From an uncultured Lentisphaerota bacterium (GTDB lineage Bacteria; Verrucomicrobiota; Kiritimatiellia; RFP12; UBA1067), in the NCBI GenBank assembly GCA_900321255.1, contig ONVK01000002.1, forward strand, positions 7,856 to 71,855: 64,000 nt of DNA. The letters run 5' to 3'. Below are positions 40,936-49,493 of the stretch, in pieces. The translations under genes were made by a program, and so were the position numbers. Position 1 is the stretch's first letter, and each line of letters starts with the position of its first letter. The notes under the pieces were generated by a model that worked only from the letters and a program-made list of their open reading frames with translations, was not told where the DNA came from and made no database searches.

Positions 40936-41631
40936 CTATTTCTGCCCGTAATAGGCGTTTTTACCATGCTTGCGCTGATAATGCTTCTCGCCGACATACT
41001 GCACAAGGCCCGGCGCTGGAGTCGCCGCGTGCACGAGCTCGGTCAATCGCGCCATTTTTGCAATCGCCTCGAGCGCAATTGCATGGTCCACGGCATCCTG
41101 CGGATTCCTGCCCCAGGTGAACGGTGCATGGCCAGCAACAAGCACGCCGGGGACGGCCAGCGGCTCGAGACCTCGAAAGCGTTCGACGACAACCCTGCCC
41201 GTATTCAGCTCATACGCCGAGTTCACCTCGTCTTCGGTCAGAATGCGCGTAACCGGAACTGGCCCGTGGAACGTGTCGGCGTGGGTCGTGCCGTAGCACG
41301 GAATCTCGCGGCAGGCCTGCGCCCATGCAGTCGCCTCGACGGAATGAGTATGCACGGCGCCCTTTATGCCCTCGAAATTGCGGTAGAACTCGAGATGCGT
41401 CGCCGTGTCGCTCGAAGGCCTGAGCCCGCCTTCGACGACCTTGCCGTCGAGATCCACGACGACCATGTCGTCCGCCGTCATCCTGTCGTAGTCGACGCCC
41501 GAAGGCTTTATGACCATGAGTTTAGACTCGGGGTCAAAACCGGAGGCGTTGCCCCAGGTCAGGACGACGAGTCCCGACGTGACGAGCCTCTGGTTGGCCC
41601 TGAACACGTCCTTCTTGAGCTCCTCAAGCAT
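40936..41631 (-). CDS. araD: L-ribulose-5-phosphate 4-epimerase
   Basis: 231 aa. TWGNASGFD, MVIKPSGVDYD, PSSDTATHLEFYR, GAVHTHS, GTTHADTFHGPVP, HYQRKHGKNAYYGQ are canonical AraD blocks. Confidence 0.9.
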   Translation of the reverse strand: MLEELKKDVFRANQRLVTSGLVVLTWGNASGFDPESKLMVIKPSGVDYDRMTADDMVVVDLDGKVVEGGLRPSSDTATHLEFYRNFEGIKGAVHTHSVEATAWAQACREIPCYGTTHADTFHGPVPVTRILTEDEVNSAYELNTGRVVVERFRGLEPLAVPGVLVAGHAPFTWGRNPQDAVDHAIALEAIAKMARLTELVHAATPAPGLVQYVGEKHYQRKHGKNAYYGQK

Positions 41632-43123
41632 GAATCGCCTCCTTGAAGTTCGCTGTATAGCGGTTGAAGCCAGCCACGCCCTCCTCGGTCGGCGCGAGCG
41701 TCTCGCTCGCGACCCCGGCGAATACCTTCTTCGCGAGATAGTCCTCGAGCGGCTCCTGCGCGCCCGAAGCGGTGTACGCCGCGAGGACAGCCATGCCCCA
41801 CGGCCCTCCCTCGCTTGCCGTAGACATGCACGTTATCGAGGTGTTGAGCGCGTCCGCGAGATACTGCTGCGCCACGCCCTTCGTCTTGAAGATTCCTCCG
41901 TGCCCCATAAGCGAACTGATCGCCACGCCCTCCCGCGCGAGGATCTCCATGCCGATCTTGAGCGATACGAAGGCGGAATATACCTGTGCGCGGAAGAAGT
42001 TCGCGAGCGTGAACTTCGAGTCTGGCCTGCGCACCACCATGAGCCGCGCGTCTTCGACTCCCGTGACCGGCTCGCCCGAGAGAAACGGCACGACTACTAT
42101 TCCGCCGCAGTCTTTCTCGCCCTTGAGCGACTCGAGGAACAGCTTTTCATAGTCTCCGCCGAGAAGCGGGGCCCATGCGTTGATCTCGTTCGTGCAGTTG
42201 TTGCAGTGCACCATCGCGACCTCGCGGCCAGTCGGCGTCGTGAGGACGTCGATCTCCGGATAGTACCCCTTCATGGGCTTGTCGAGAACCACCATCGCGA
42301 AGATCGAAGTTCCCGCCGAGCAGTTTCCGGTGCGCGCCGCGACGGAATTCGTCGCGACCATGCCGGTTCCCGCGTCGCCTTCCGGCGGCGCCATCACGGC
42401 GCCTGGCTGAAGCGTCCCCGTAGGGTCGAGCCACTTGGCTCCGCGCTCCGTGAGAACGCCCGCCCTTTCGCCGGCCTTGAGCACCTTCGGAAGCTTCTCC
42501 CCGAGCGAACCGCCGAACTTCGCGTCGAACGCCGCAAGCATGCGCGCGTTGTAGTCTCCCGTCTCTGGATCGACCGGGAACATTCCGCTCGCCTCGCCGA
42601 CGCCCATTACGTTCTCGCCGGAGAGCCGGTAATGAACGTATCCGGCGAGAGTCGTGAGCCACCGCACATTCGGGACATGCGGCTCTTTCTTCAGGATCGC
42701 CTGGCAGTAGTGGGCGATGCTCCATCTCTGCGGCACGTTGAACCTGAACATCTCCGAAAGCTCCGCGGCGGCCTCGGCCGTCATGACGTTGCGCCACGTG
42801 CGGAACGGGACGAGGAGCTTCCCGTCGGCGTCGAACGGAAGATACCCGTGCATCATGCCGGAAACGCCGAGCGCGGCGAGCCTGGTCAGTTTCGCGCCGT
42901 GCCGCGCGAGCGCATCGGCCGCGCACTTCGCGTACGCGTCCCTCACGCCAGATTCGATCTCCTCGAGCGAATAGCTCCACACGCCGTCCACAAGGGAGTT
43001 CTCCCAGTCGTGCGCGCCCTGCGCCACGACGTGGAAATTGTCGTCTATAAGCACCGCCTTGATTCGTGTTGAACCGAACTCAATGCCCATCGACGCCCTG
43101 CCCGACTCTATGAACTCCTTCAT
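41624..43123 (-). CDS. FGGY-family carbohydrate kinase (probable ribulokinase/xylulokinase)
   Basis: Start trimmed to ATG 43123 (GGAGGA SD). MGIEFGSTRIKAVLID, GVSGMMHGYL, and a C-terminal GHGGIFKT. 8-nt overlap with araD. Confidence 0.78.
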   Translation of the reverse strand: MKEFIESGRASMGIEFGSTRIKAVLIDDNFHVVAQGAHDWENSLVDGVWSYSLEEIESGVRDAYAKCAADALARHGAKLTRLAALGVSGMMHGYLPFDADGKLLVPFRTWRNVMTAEAAAELSEMFRFNVPQRWSIAHYCQAILKKEPHVPNVRWLTTLAGYVHYRLSGENVMGVGEASGMFPVDPETGDYNARMLAAFDAKFGGSLGEKLPKVLKAGERAGVLTERGAKWLDPTGTLQPGAVMAPPEGDAGTGMVATNSVAARTGNCSAGTSIFAMVVLDKPMKGYYPEIDVLTTPTGREVAMVHCNNCTNEINAWAPLLGGDYEKLFLESLKGEKDCGGIVVVPFLSGEPVTGVEDARLMVVRRPDSKFTLANFFRAQVYSAFVSLKIGMEILAREGVAISSLMGHGGIFKTKGVAQQYLADALNTSITCMSTASEGGPWGMAVLAAYTASGAQEPLEDYLAKKVFAGVASETLAPTEEGVAGFNRYTANFKEAIHA

Positions 43124-43145
43124 CGTATGTCCTCCTGTTGCGTTG

Positions 43146-43158
43146 ATTTTACCAAAAC
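43146..43158 (-). promoter_or_regulatory. Extended -10 promoter (GTTTTGGTAAAAT) of the FGGY kinase-araD operon
   Basis: TGGTAAAAT. The short leader contains GGAGGA before ATG 43123. Confidence 0.5.
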
Positions 43159-43175
43159 CTGCTCCAATGCGCAAA

Positions 43176-43472
43176 TCAGCCGAAGGGCCGAATGCGCGCT
43201 TCCGTCTCGAGAACCTTCTTCGCACGCCATCCTCCCCAGACGAGCGGACGCCACGGGCGTATGTTCCTGACGATCTTCACGACGCGGTTCTCCGCATCGA
43301 GAAACGTCGCGTCGATCGAAAACGACATGAAGAAGGTGTGAATCGCGTTGCACCGCTCGATGAGCATTCCCTCGCCGGGCGCGAGGCCCTTTACGCCGAT
43401 GAGCCCCCGCGCACGCTCGCAAAACGTGTGCGCGACCTTTGCGCGGCAACCGAGGATTTCAACCGTCTCCAT
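43176..43472 (-). CDS. DUF192 domain protein
   Basis: AHTFCERARGLIGVKGLAPGEGMLIERCNAIHTFFMSFSIDATFLD matches the DUF192 pattern (A.T...R..GLM....l....GmlF......fwM.....plD). Start at ATG 43472, or at 43487. Confidence 0.6.
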   Translation of the reverse strand: METVEILGCRAKVAHTFCERARGLIGVKGLAPGEGMLIERCNAIHTFFMSFSIDATFLDAENRVVKIVRNIRPWRPLVWGGWRAKKVLETEARIRPFG

Positions 43473-43473
43473 G

Positions 43474-43701
43474 TCAGGCGAGCACAAGCAGCGCGGCGAT
43501 TACGACGAGGATAAAGGCGAGAACGCGCCGCCAAAGCGGAGCGGGACCGGAATCCGGCGGCGCGGCGGATTCGCCGCGGTCCTTCCTCATGATGCGGTAG
43601 ACGCCGCGAAGAGCGAGCGGAAGACGGCCAGGTGGGGTCGCAAGCGCAGCCGCCGCGCCCAGCAGCGCTATGATTAAGATTACAATGACTAATTCATCCA
43701 T
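43474..43701 (-). CDS. Small two-TM hypothetical membrane protein
   Basis: 75 aa with two hydrophobic helices (LVIVILIIALLGAAAALA, VLAFILVVIAALLVLA). The stop lies 1 nt before the DUF192 start. No SD. Coding status is uncertain. Confidence 0.35.
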   Translation of the reverse strand: MDELVIVILIIALLGAAAALATPPGRLPLALRGVYRIMRKDRGESAAPPDSGPAPLWRRVLAFILVVIAALLVLA

Positions 43702-43705
43702 AATA

Positions 43706-43782
43706 GAGGAGTCAGGGGTCAGGGGTCAGTAGTCAGGGGTCAGTACTGACTACTGTGTACTGACTCCTATGTACTGACCCCT
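43706..43782. repeat. Composite heptad array with nested inverted repeats (GGGTCAG family)
   Basis: GTCAG at 43711, 43718, 43725, 43732 and 43739 (7-nt period). CTGAC at 43746, 43760 and 43774 (14-nt period). GGGGTCAGTAC 43736-43746 pairs with GTACTGACCCC 43771-43781. AGGAGTCAG 43707-43715 pairs with CTGACTCCT 43760-43768. Confidence 0.9.
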
Positions 43783-43786
43783 AATT

Positions 43787-45478
43787 TTACGTGTACCTCA
43801 GCACCTCGTCGACCGTCGTGTAGCCGTCGAGGATAGAGCGGATGCCGTCTTCGCGCATCGTGCGCATGCCGAGCTCACGGGCCTTTTCGCGGATAATCAG
43901 CGTCGGGGCCTTGTTGTTGACGAGCTCGCGGAGCGGCGGCGACATCCTGAGGTACTCGAAGACGCCCTTTCGGCCCTTGTAGCCCGTGCCGTTGCACGTC
44001 TTGCAGCCGCGGCCGAAGTAGAACGGACGCCCGCCTATCTGGTCGCGCGTCATCTCGATGCGCTCCAGAGTCTCGTCGTCGGGCTCGTAGGCCTCGCGGC
44101 ATTCGCGGCAACACGTCCTCACGAGACGCTGGCCGAGCACCGCCTCGAGCGTGGAGGCGAGCAGGTACGGCGCGACATTCATGTCGATGAGGCGCATGAC
44201 CGCGCCGGCTGCGTCGTTGGTGTGAAGCGTCGAGAACACGAAGTGGCCCGTAAGCGCCGCCTGGACCGCGATCTCCGCGGTCTCGAGGTCGCGGATCTCG
44301 CCGATCATCATGACGTCGGGGTCCTGTCGGAGGAACGCGCGGAGCACCTTGCCGAACGTGTTGCCGACGCGAGCGTCGATCGGAACCTGCACGATGCCGT
44401 CGACGTTGTATTCGACCGGCTCCTCGGCGGTGAGAAGCTTCGTGTCGATCGTGTTGATGCGGCGGAGGACCGAATAGAGCGTCGTCGTCTTGCCTGACCC
44501 AGTGGGCCCCGTCACGATGAAGATGCCGTTGGGCTTCTCGATGTCCATCGTAATCTGCTCGTAGATGTCCTCTGCGAAACCGACGTTCTCGAGGTCGAGC
44601 GACGTCGTCGTCTGGTCGAGGATTCGCATAACGACCGACTCGCCGTGGGCGGTAGGAAGACACGACACGCGAAGGTCCACTGGCCTTCCGGCGACTGTAA
44701 GCGCGATGCGGCCGTCCTGCGGGATGCGGCGCTCGGCGATGTTGAGGTTCGAGAGAATCTTGACGCGGGAGATGATCGCGGGCGCCATCTTGACGTCTGG
44801 CGCCTTCATCTCGTATAGCGCGCCGTCAACGCGGTAGCGGATCTTGAAGTCGTTCTCGAACGGCTCGATGTGGATGTCCGAGGCGTGATCGACGACGCCC
44901 TGGTAGAGAATGAGGTTGACGAAGCGAATGATGGCCGAGGAGTTCGCCGCGTTCTCCATCGACGCGATGTCGTTGACGTTCGCGGACGCGAGCCCCTCGT
45001 CGTCGCCAAGCCCCTCGCCAAGAGACTTGATCATGTCCGCGACGGAATCGTTCGAGTCGCCGTAGTACTGGGCGATGCGGTCCATCACGTCCTTCTCGCG
45101 GGCGAAGACGAACCTCACCTCCTTCGAGAGCGTGAAGAGCATCTCGTCTGCAATGCGCGGGTCGACGAGGTCGAAGGTCGCGAGCGTGACCGACGACTCG
45201 TCGGCCGCCACGGGAAAGACATTGTACATGCGCGCCGTGGACGCCGGGATCGCCTCGGTGACCTCGGTGTCGATCGTCATGCCGCCGAGGTCTATCGCCT
45301 CGGTGTCCTGATAGGCGGCGAGAACGCCGAGAAGGTCGTCCTCAGAAAGAATCTCCTGGTCGAGCACCGCCTGGCGTATGGACTTGCCCTCGGTCTTGGC
45401 GGTATCGGCGAGCTCCTGCGCGGACACCTCATCGAGGTATCCGTTCTGGACGAGAATCTGCAAGATAGGATCGCTCAT
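43787..45478 (-). CDS. Type II secretion / type IV pilus assembly ATPase (GspE/PilB family)
   Basis: Start trimmed to ATG 45478. T2SSE N-terminal domain, VTGPTGSGKTTTLYS (Walker A), RQDPDVMMIGEIRD, TGHFVFSTLHTN, and the tetracysteine CRECREAY...CKTCNGTGYKGR. Confidence 0.88.
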   Translation of the reverse strand: MSDPILQILVQNGYLDEVSAQELADTAKTEGKSIRQAVLDQEILSEDDLLGVLAAYQDTEAIDLGGMTIDTEVTEAIPASTARMYNVFPVAADESSVTLATFDLVDPRIADEMLFTLSKEVRFVFAREKDVMDRIAQYYGDSNDSVADMIKSLGEGLGDDEGLASANVNDIASMENAANSSAIIRFVNLILYQGVVDHASDIHIEPFENDFKIRYRVDGALYEMKAPDVKMAPAIISRVKILSNLNIAERRIPQDGRIALTVAGRPVDLRVSCLPTAHGESVVMRILDQTTTSLDLENVGFAEDIYEQITMDIEKPNGIFIVTGPTGSGKTTTLYSVLRRINTIDTKLLTAEEPVEYNVDGIVQVPIDARVGNTFGKVLRAFLRQDPDVMMIGEIRDLETAEIAVQAALTGHFVFSTLHTNDAAGAVMRLIDMNVAPYLLASTLEAVLGQRLVRTCCRECREAYEPDDETLERIEMTRDQIGGRPFYFGRGCKTCNGTGYKGRKGVFEYLRMSPPLRELVNNKAPTLIIREKARELGMRTMREDGIRSILDGYTTVDEVLRYT

Positions 45479-45484
45479 ACCGAC

Positions 45485-45497
45485 ATTATACCATAAA
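45485..45497 (-). promoter_or_regulatory. Extended -10 promoter (ATTTATGGTATAAT) of the GspE-like gene; leaderless
   Basis: ATG 45478 lies 6 nt downstream of the hexamer. Confidence 0.55.
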
Positions 45498-45515
45498 TCT
45501 GCCGCATATGCGCCG

Positions 45516-46349
45516 TCACTTCGCGGCTTTGCGTTCTTTTGCCCTGGCCGCCATGTCGGCGAGCTGCGGCTTGAGGTCCTTGCCCTCGACGGGGAAGGAC
45601 GCGACATACGCCTTGGCCAGCTTGTAGGCCTCCTCTGGATCGGACTCGCGCTTCGACTCGATCTCGTTCTTGACGTCGACCTTGGCCTCCTCGATCGCCG
45701 CGAGAATCGCCTTCGCCTCCTCGGCCTGCTTCTGCTGGACAGGCGTCGCGCTCTTCGCTTCGCCCTTCTTTACCGCCGCATGAAGCGCCTTGACCTGCGA
45801 TTTTACCGACTTCCCGAGGACAAGGCTCTTTTCCATCGCCTTGAACGCCTGGAGCGCGACTCCGCCGCAGAGAACGGGCATCGCGCCGATCGCCGCAATC
45901 GCCTTCTGCACCGCCGCCTCTGCCTCCTCGTGGCTGCGCCCGGAGTAGACGACCTTGCCGCGATGATCGACGACGTACATGAACGGAAGCCCGCCGCCGC
46001 TTGACGGGGCGTCGGCAAGACCGGCCCAGTCATAGATCGGGTAGGTGAGCTTGTTCGCGTTGACAAGCGCCATGACCTCGTCGGGCTTGTGCCCCTGGCA
46101 GTGCGCGCCGACAAGGACGAACGGCTTTGACTTGTTCGCGTTCCAGAGCTTCTGCATCGCGGGGAGAAGCGCGCGGCACGGCGGGCAGTTGATGCCCCAC
46201 TGGTCGATCATGACGACCTTGCCTGCGAGATCGGCCTCTGTGATCTTGGGACCGCTGTAGTGTCCGCTGTCCGTGAATCCCTGCCATGTCGCGGCATTCA
46301 GGGAAAGAACCGAAAACGCCGCAATCGCGGCAAACGCGGTGTGGTTCAT
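45516..46349 (-). CDS. Secreted thioredoxin-fold (TlpA/redoxin-like) protein with a helical C-terminal extension
   Basis: Signal MNHTAFAAIAAFSVLSLNA. VVMIDQWGINCPPCRALLP (CxxC). Lys/Glu/Ala-rich C-terminal half. ATGA overlap with the DsbD-like gene. Confidence 0.62.
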   Translation of the reverse strand: MNHTAFAAIAAFSVLSLNAATWQGFTDSGHYSGPKITEADLAGKVVMIDQWGINCPPCRALLPAMQKLWNANKSKPFVLVGAHCQGHKPDEVMALVNANKLTYPIYDWAGLADAPSSGGGLPFMYVVDHRGKVVYSGRSHEEAEAAVQKAIAAIGAMPVLCGGVALQAFKAMEKSLVLGKSVKSQVKALHAAVKKGEAKSATPVQQKQAEEAKAILAAIEEAKVDVKNEIESKRESDPEEAYKLAKAYVASFPVEGKDLKPQLADMAARAKERKAAK

Positions 46350-47608
46350 TTTTCAGTCTCCTTTTTAGGCGTAATTTCGAAAATCGCATACGCGGGAAGC
46401 CCCTGCACGTCCTTGAACGGCTCGATCATCCTAAAGCCCTTCATGTCGTCGGCCTGAAGCCGGATCACGGTATAGCCGGCGAGCGCTTCGCGAACGCGCT
46501 TGTCGGCAAGCGTCGTGCGTTCCATGGCAAAGCAGTTCTTGCACCACGTGGCCCAGCAGTCGACGAGAATCGGCTTGCCCTTCTCCTCCGCCTCAGCAAA
46601 GACGTCCTCGAAGGTGTCGGGCGTCGCCTCGACCGCGCCGGTGATTCCGTTCGACTGCGGCGCGACCGATGCGCCGCGCGTCCAGCCCTTCCACGCGAGA
46701 TAGCCGTAGTACGCGGCAAAGAGAAGGACGACTACAGCGAAAATGCGGTTCACGTGCTTCATCCACGCGCCTGGCTTGGGGAGGACCTTCATTCCCGCTC
46801 CGAGGAACGGCCACGGGAGGGCCATGCCAAGCCCGAGGACAAACGGAAGCGCAAGCGCGATTGCGTTGCCTTCCGCGTAAAGCCGCGCGGTCAGGACGAG
46901 GACGGAGACGAGAATCGGGGCGACGCAGGCGCCGGCGAGAACTGCGGAGAGCGCACCGAGGAAGAACGGAACGGCGAGCCCCGCGCGCGAGGCGTCGGGC
47001 TTCACGACTCCCGAGCGGAAGCGCGAGAAGTCTATTGAGAACAAGCCGAAGAGAGACGCTCCAAGCGCGACAAAGACGAGCGCGACAAAAACGTTGAACC
47101 AGGGGTTCGACTGGATCGTCCCGAACGCCATGCCGCCGACCGCGGCAAGAACGCCGAGAACGCCGTAGGCGAGCGCCATGCCGAGGCCATAGACGGCGCC
47201 GCGAGCCGGAGACTTGCCGATGACGATCAAGTTGACGGGGATCATCGGCAGAACGCACGGCGTAAGGTTCATGGCGAGTCCGCCGAGAAGGACTACGACA
47301 AGCGAAAGCCACGTGAACGTCGCAAGTGCACCGCCTTCAGTCTCGCCAGTCGCCGCGTCAGGCGAGAGGAACGCGAGGAACTCGTCGACGCTGCGAGTGC
47401 CCAAAATCATGCGCGTCGCCTGTTCGGGGACAGACGCAGACGGCGCAAGACTCGCAAGAAAATCTTCCGGCGCATCACCTACGAGGCGGCACATTCCGTC
47501 TTCGCACACCCAAATCTGGCCATCGACGATATTCGTCTCGGCATACGACGGGAAGACGATAGCCGCAAAAAGAATCGCGGCGGCGATTTTATGCAAAGCA
47601 GGCCGCAT
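46346..47608 (-). CDS. Thiol:disulfide interchange protein DsbD-like (CcdA membrane core plus C-terminal thioredoxin domain)
   Basis: LAMNLTPCVLPMIPV (DsbD/CcdA TM1 Cys), multiple TM segments, and C-terminal ILVDCWATWCKNCFAME (WCxxC). Confidence 0.8.
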   Translation of the reverse strand: MRPALHKIAAAILFAAIVFPSYAETNIVDGQIWVCEDGMCRLVGDAPEDFLASLAPSASVPEQATRMILGTRSVDEFLAFLSPDAATGETEGGALATFTWLSLVVVLLGGLAMNLTPCVLPMIPVNLIVIGKSPARGAVYGLGMALAYGVLGVLAAVGGMAFGTIQSNPWFNVFVALVFVALGASLFGLFSIDFSRFRSGVVKPDASRAGLAVPFFLGALSAVLAGACVAPILVSVLVLTARLYAEGNAIALALPFVLGLGMALPWPFLGAGMKVLPKPGAWMKHVNRIFAVVVLLFAAYYGYLAWKGWTRGASVAPQSNGITGAVEATPDTFEDVFAEAEEKGKPILVDCWATWCKNCFAMERTTLADKRVREALAGYTVIRLQADDMKGFRMIEPFKDVQGLPAYAIFEITPKKETEK

Positions 47609-47611
47609 TGA

Positions 47612-48739
47612 TCAACGTGTCTTGAAGCGGTACTCGGTGACGCTGCGGAAGGTCTCCCCGGGACGCAGGACGGTCGACGGAAATTCTGGATGGTTTGGCG
47701 AATCGGGATAGTGCTGCGTCTCAAGCGCGACGCCCGCGAACTGGCAGAGGTTCTTCCCCTTCTCCTTCGCGGGAAGCTCTGTCGTCATGTTCTGCGCGCC
47801 GTACATCTGCATGCAGGGCTCGGTCGTCCAGAGCTCAAGGACGCGGCCGGACTTGGGGTCGCTCATCTCGGCGGCGAGCTTCGTCTCGCCGGGAGCGCCA
47901 TTGAGGACGAAGTTGTGGTCATACCAGTTGTCCATCGGCTTCAGGCTCTCCTGCGCCGCCATCCAGTCGGACATCGAACCGATCGGGCGCGCCTTGCGGA
48001 AATCGAAGCCAGTGCCGTCAACCGCCGCATCCGTCGTCGGGATAAGCCCGGCGTCGGTCTGCGTATACTTGTCGGCGTTGACCATGAGAAACTGGCCGAG
48101 GACATTGCCGCTCGCCTCTCCCGCGAGGTTCCAGTAGGAATGGTGGGTCGGGTTGATGACAGTCGGTTTGTCCGTCGTCGCCTCGTACTCGATGCGCCAA
48201 ACGTTCTTGGGGAGGACGGAGTAGGTGACTTTCATCGTGACCGTCCCGGGAAAGCCCATGTCGCCGTCGGGCGAGACGAGCGTCAGCACAAGGCGCTTCC
48301 CGTCGTACTCGGACGCCTTCCAGACCTTTGAGTCCCAGCCGTCGGGCCCGCCGTGCAGGTTGCAGTGACGCGGCACGGGGTTCGTCTCGTTGATCGGGAG
48401 CTGCCACACCTTGCCGTCAAGCGTGAACTTGCCGTCTGCGATACGGTTCCCGTAGCGGCCGATAAGAGTGCCCGTCGAGAAACCAAGCGTCTCGTATTCG
48501 CCGACTGTGTTCCAGCCAAGCGTTACGTCCGCAAGCTTCCCGTCGCGGTCGGGCGCCCAGCAGCGGACGAGGCGGCCGCCAAAGTCGGTGATCTCAAGCG
48601 TGAGGCCGTCGGGGCTCTTCAAAGTGTAGAGGGATGCCTTCTCCCCGAATTTCGTCGTGCCAAAGGGCTTCACGTCATCGGTATTGCAGCAGCAGCCGGC
48701 GACAAGCGCGGCGAGGGCGATTAACGACGTCTTCTTCAT
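47612..48739 (-). CDS. galM: Aldose 1-epimerase (galactose mutarotase), lipoprotein
   Basis: Start trimmed to ATG 48739 (GGAGG SD). MKKTSLIALAALVAGC lipobox. GRYGNRIADGKFTLDG, NLHGGPDGWDSKVW, NPTHHSYWNL, ALETQHYPDSPNHPEFP. Confidence 0.87.
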   Translation of the reverse strand: MKKTSLIALAALVAGCCCNTDDVKPFGTTKFGEKASLYTLKSPDGLTLEITDFGGRLVRCWAPDRDGKLADVTLGWNTVGEYETLGFSTGTLIGRYGNRIADGKFTLDGKVWQLPINETNPVPRHCNLHGGPDGWDSKVWKASEYDGKRLVLTLVSPDGDMGFPGTVTMKVTYSVLPKNVWRIEYEATTDKPTVINPTHHSYWNLAGEASGNVLGQFLMVNADKYTQTDAGLIPTTDAAVDGTGFDFRKARPIGSMSDWMAAQESLKPMDNWYDHNFVLNGAPGETKLAAEMSDPKSGRVLELWTTEPCMQMYGAQNMTTELPAKEKGKNLCQFAGVALETQHYPDSPNHPEFPSTVLRPGETFRSVTEYRFKTR

Positions 48740-48772
48740 TTTGCTTTCCTCCATTTCAGTTTGTCTGATATT

Positions 48773-49492
48773 TTACCTAATTCCGCCGAGAATTGAAAGT
48801 GCGTTCCTGGTTGTGAGGGCGGCGAAATCTTCAAGCGGCATCCCGCGTAAATCGGCGAGAAACCGCGCCGTATGGACGAGAAACGCAGGTTCGTTTGGAT
48901 TGCCGCGCATCGGAACGGGCGCGAGGAATGGCGAATCCGTCTCTATGAGGATGCGGCCGTCCGGCACGATTCGGGCCGATTCGCGCACATTCTCGGCCGC
49001 GCGAAACGTCACTATGCCGGAGATCGAGATATAGAACCCGAGATCAAGAAGCGCACGGCAAAACGTCGGCGAGCCGGTGAAGCAGTGAATTATCCCCTTC
49101 GACGGAATCTCGCGCAGGATGCCGAGTGTATCGTCATCCGCATCGCGGGTGTGAATAACAACGGGGAGGCCAAACATGTTCGCGAGATCGAGCTGCCGCG
49201 CGAAGAGTTCGCGCTGGGCGTCGCGCGTCTCGGGCGAATAGTGGTAGTCGAGCCCTATCTCCCCTACGGCGGCAACTCCGGTGTAGTCAAGCGCCGGAAG
49301 TTCCTTCCCCGCCTGGTCGCGATCCCAGCCGATCGCGCGATACTCGAAGCCCTCCGTTCCAGCGTTAAGTGGCTCGCTCCCGCCGACGGCCATTATGCGC
49401 GTCACGCCAGCGGCCTTGGCGCGCTCAACGGCCGCGGCGGATTCGCCGCGCGTCCCCTCGAAGTGCGCATGCGTATCGAAAAGCTCCAGCAA
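48773..49492 (-). CDS. TatD-family metal-dependent hydrolase
   Basis: LFDTHAHF, GEIGLDYHY, PVVIHTRDA, GIIHCFTG, ILIETDSPFLAP. Confidence 0.87.
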   Translation of the reverse strand: MLELFDTHAHFEGTRGESAAAVERAKAAGVTRIMAVGGSEPLNAGTEGFEYRAIGWDRDQAGKELPALDYTGVAAVGEIGLDYHYSPETRDAQRELFARQLDLANMFGLPVVIHTRDADDDTLGILREIPSKGIIHCFTGSPTFCRALLDLGFYISISGIVTFRAAENVRESARIVPDGRILIETDSPFLAPVPMRGNPNEPAFLVHTARFLADLRGMPLEDFAALTTRNALSILGGIR

Positions 49493-49493
49493 C

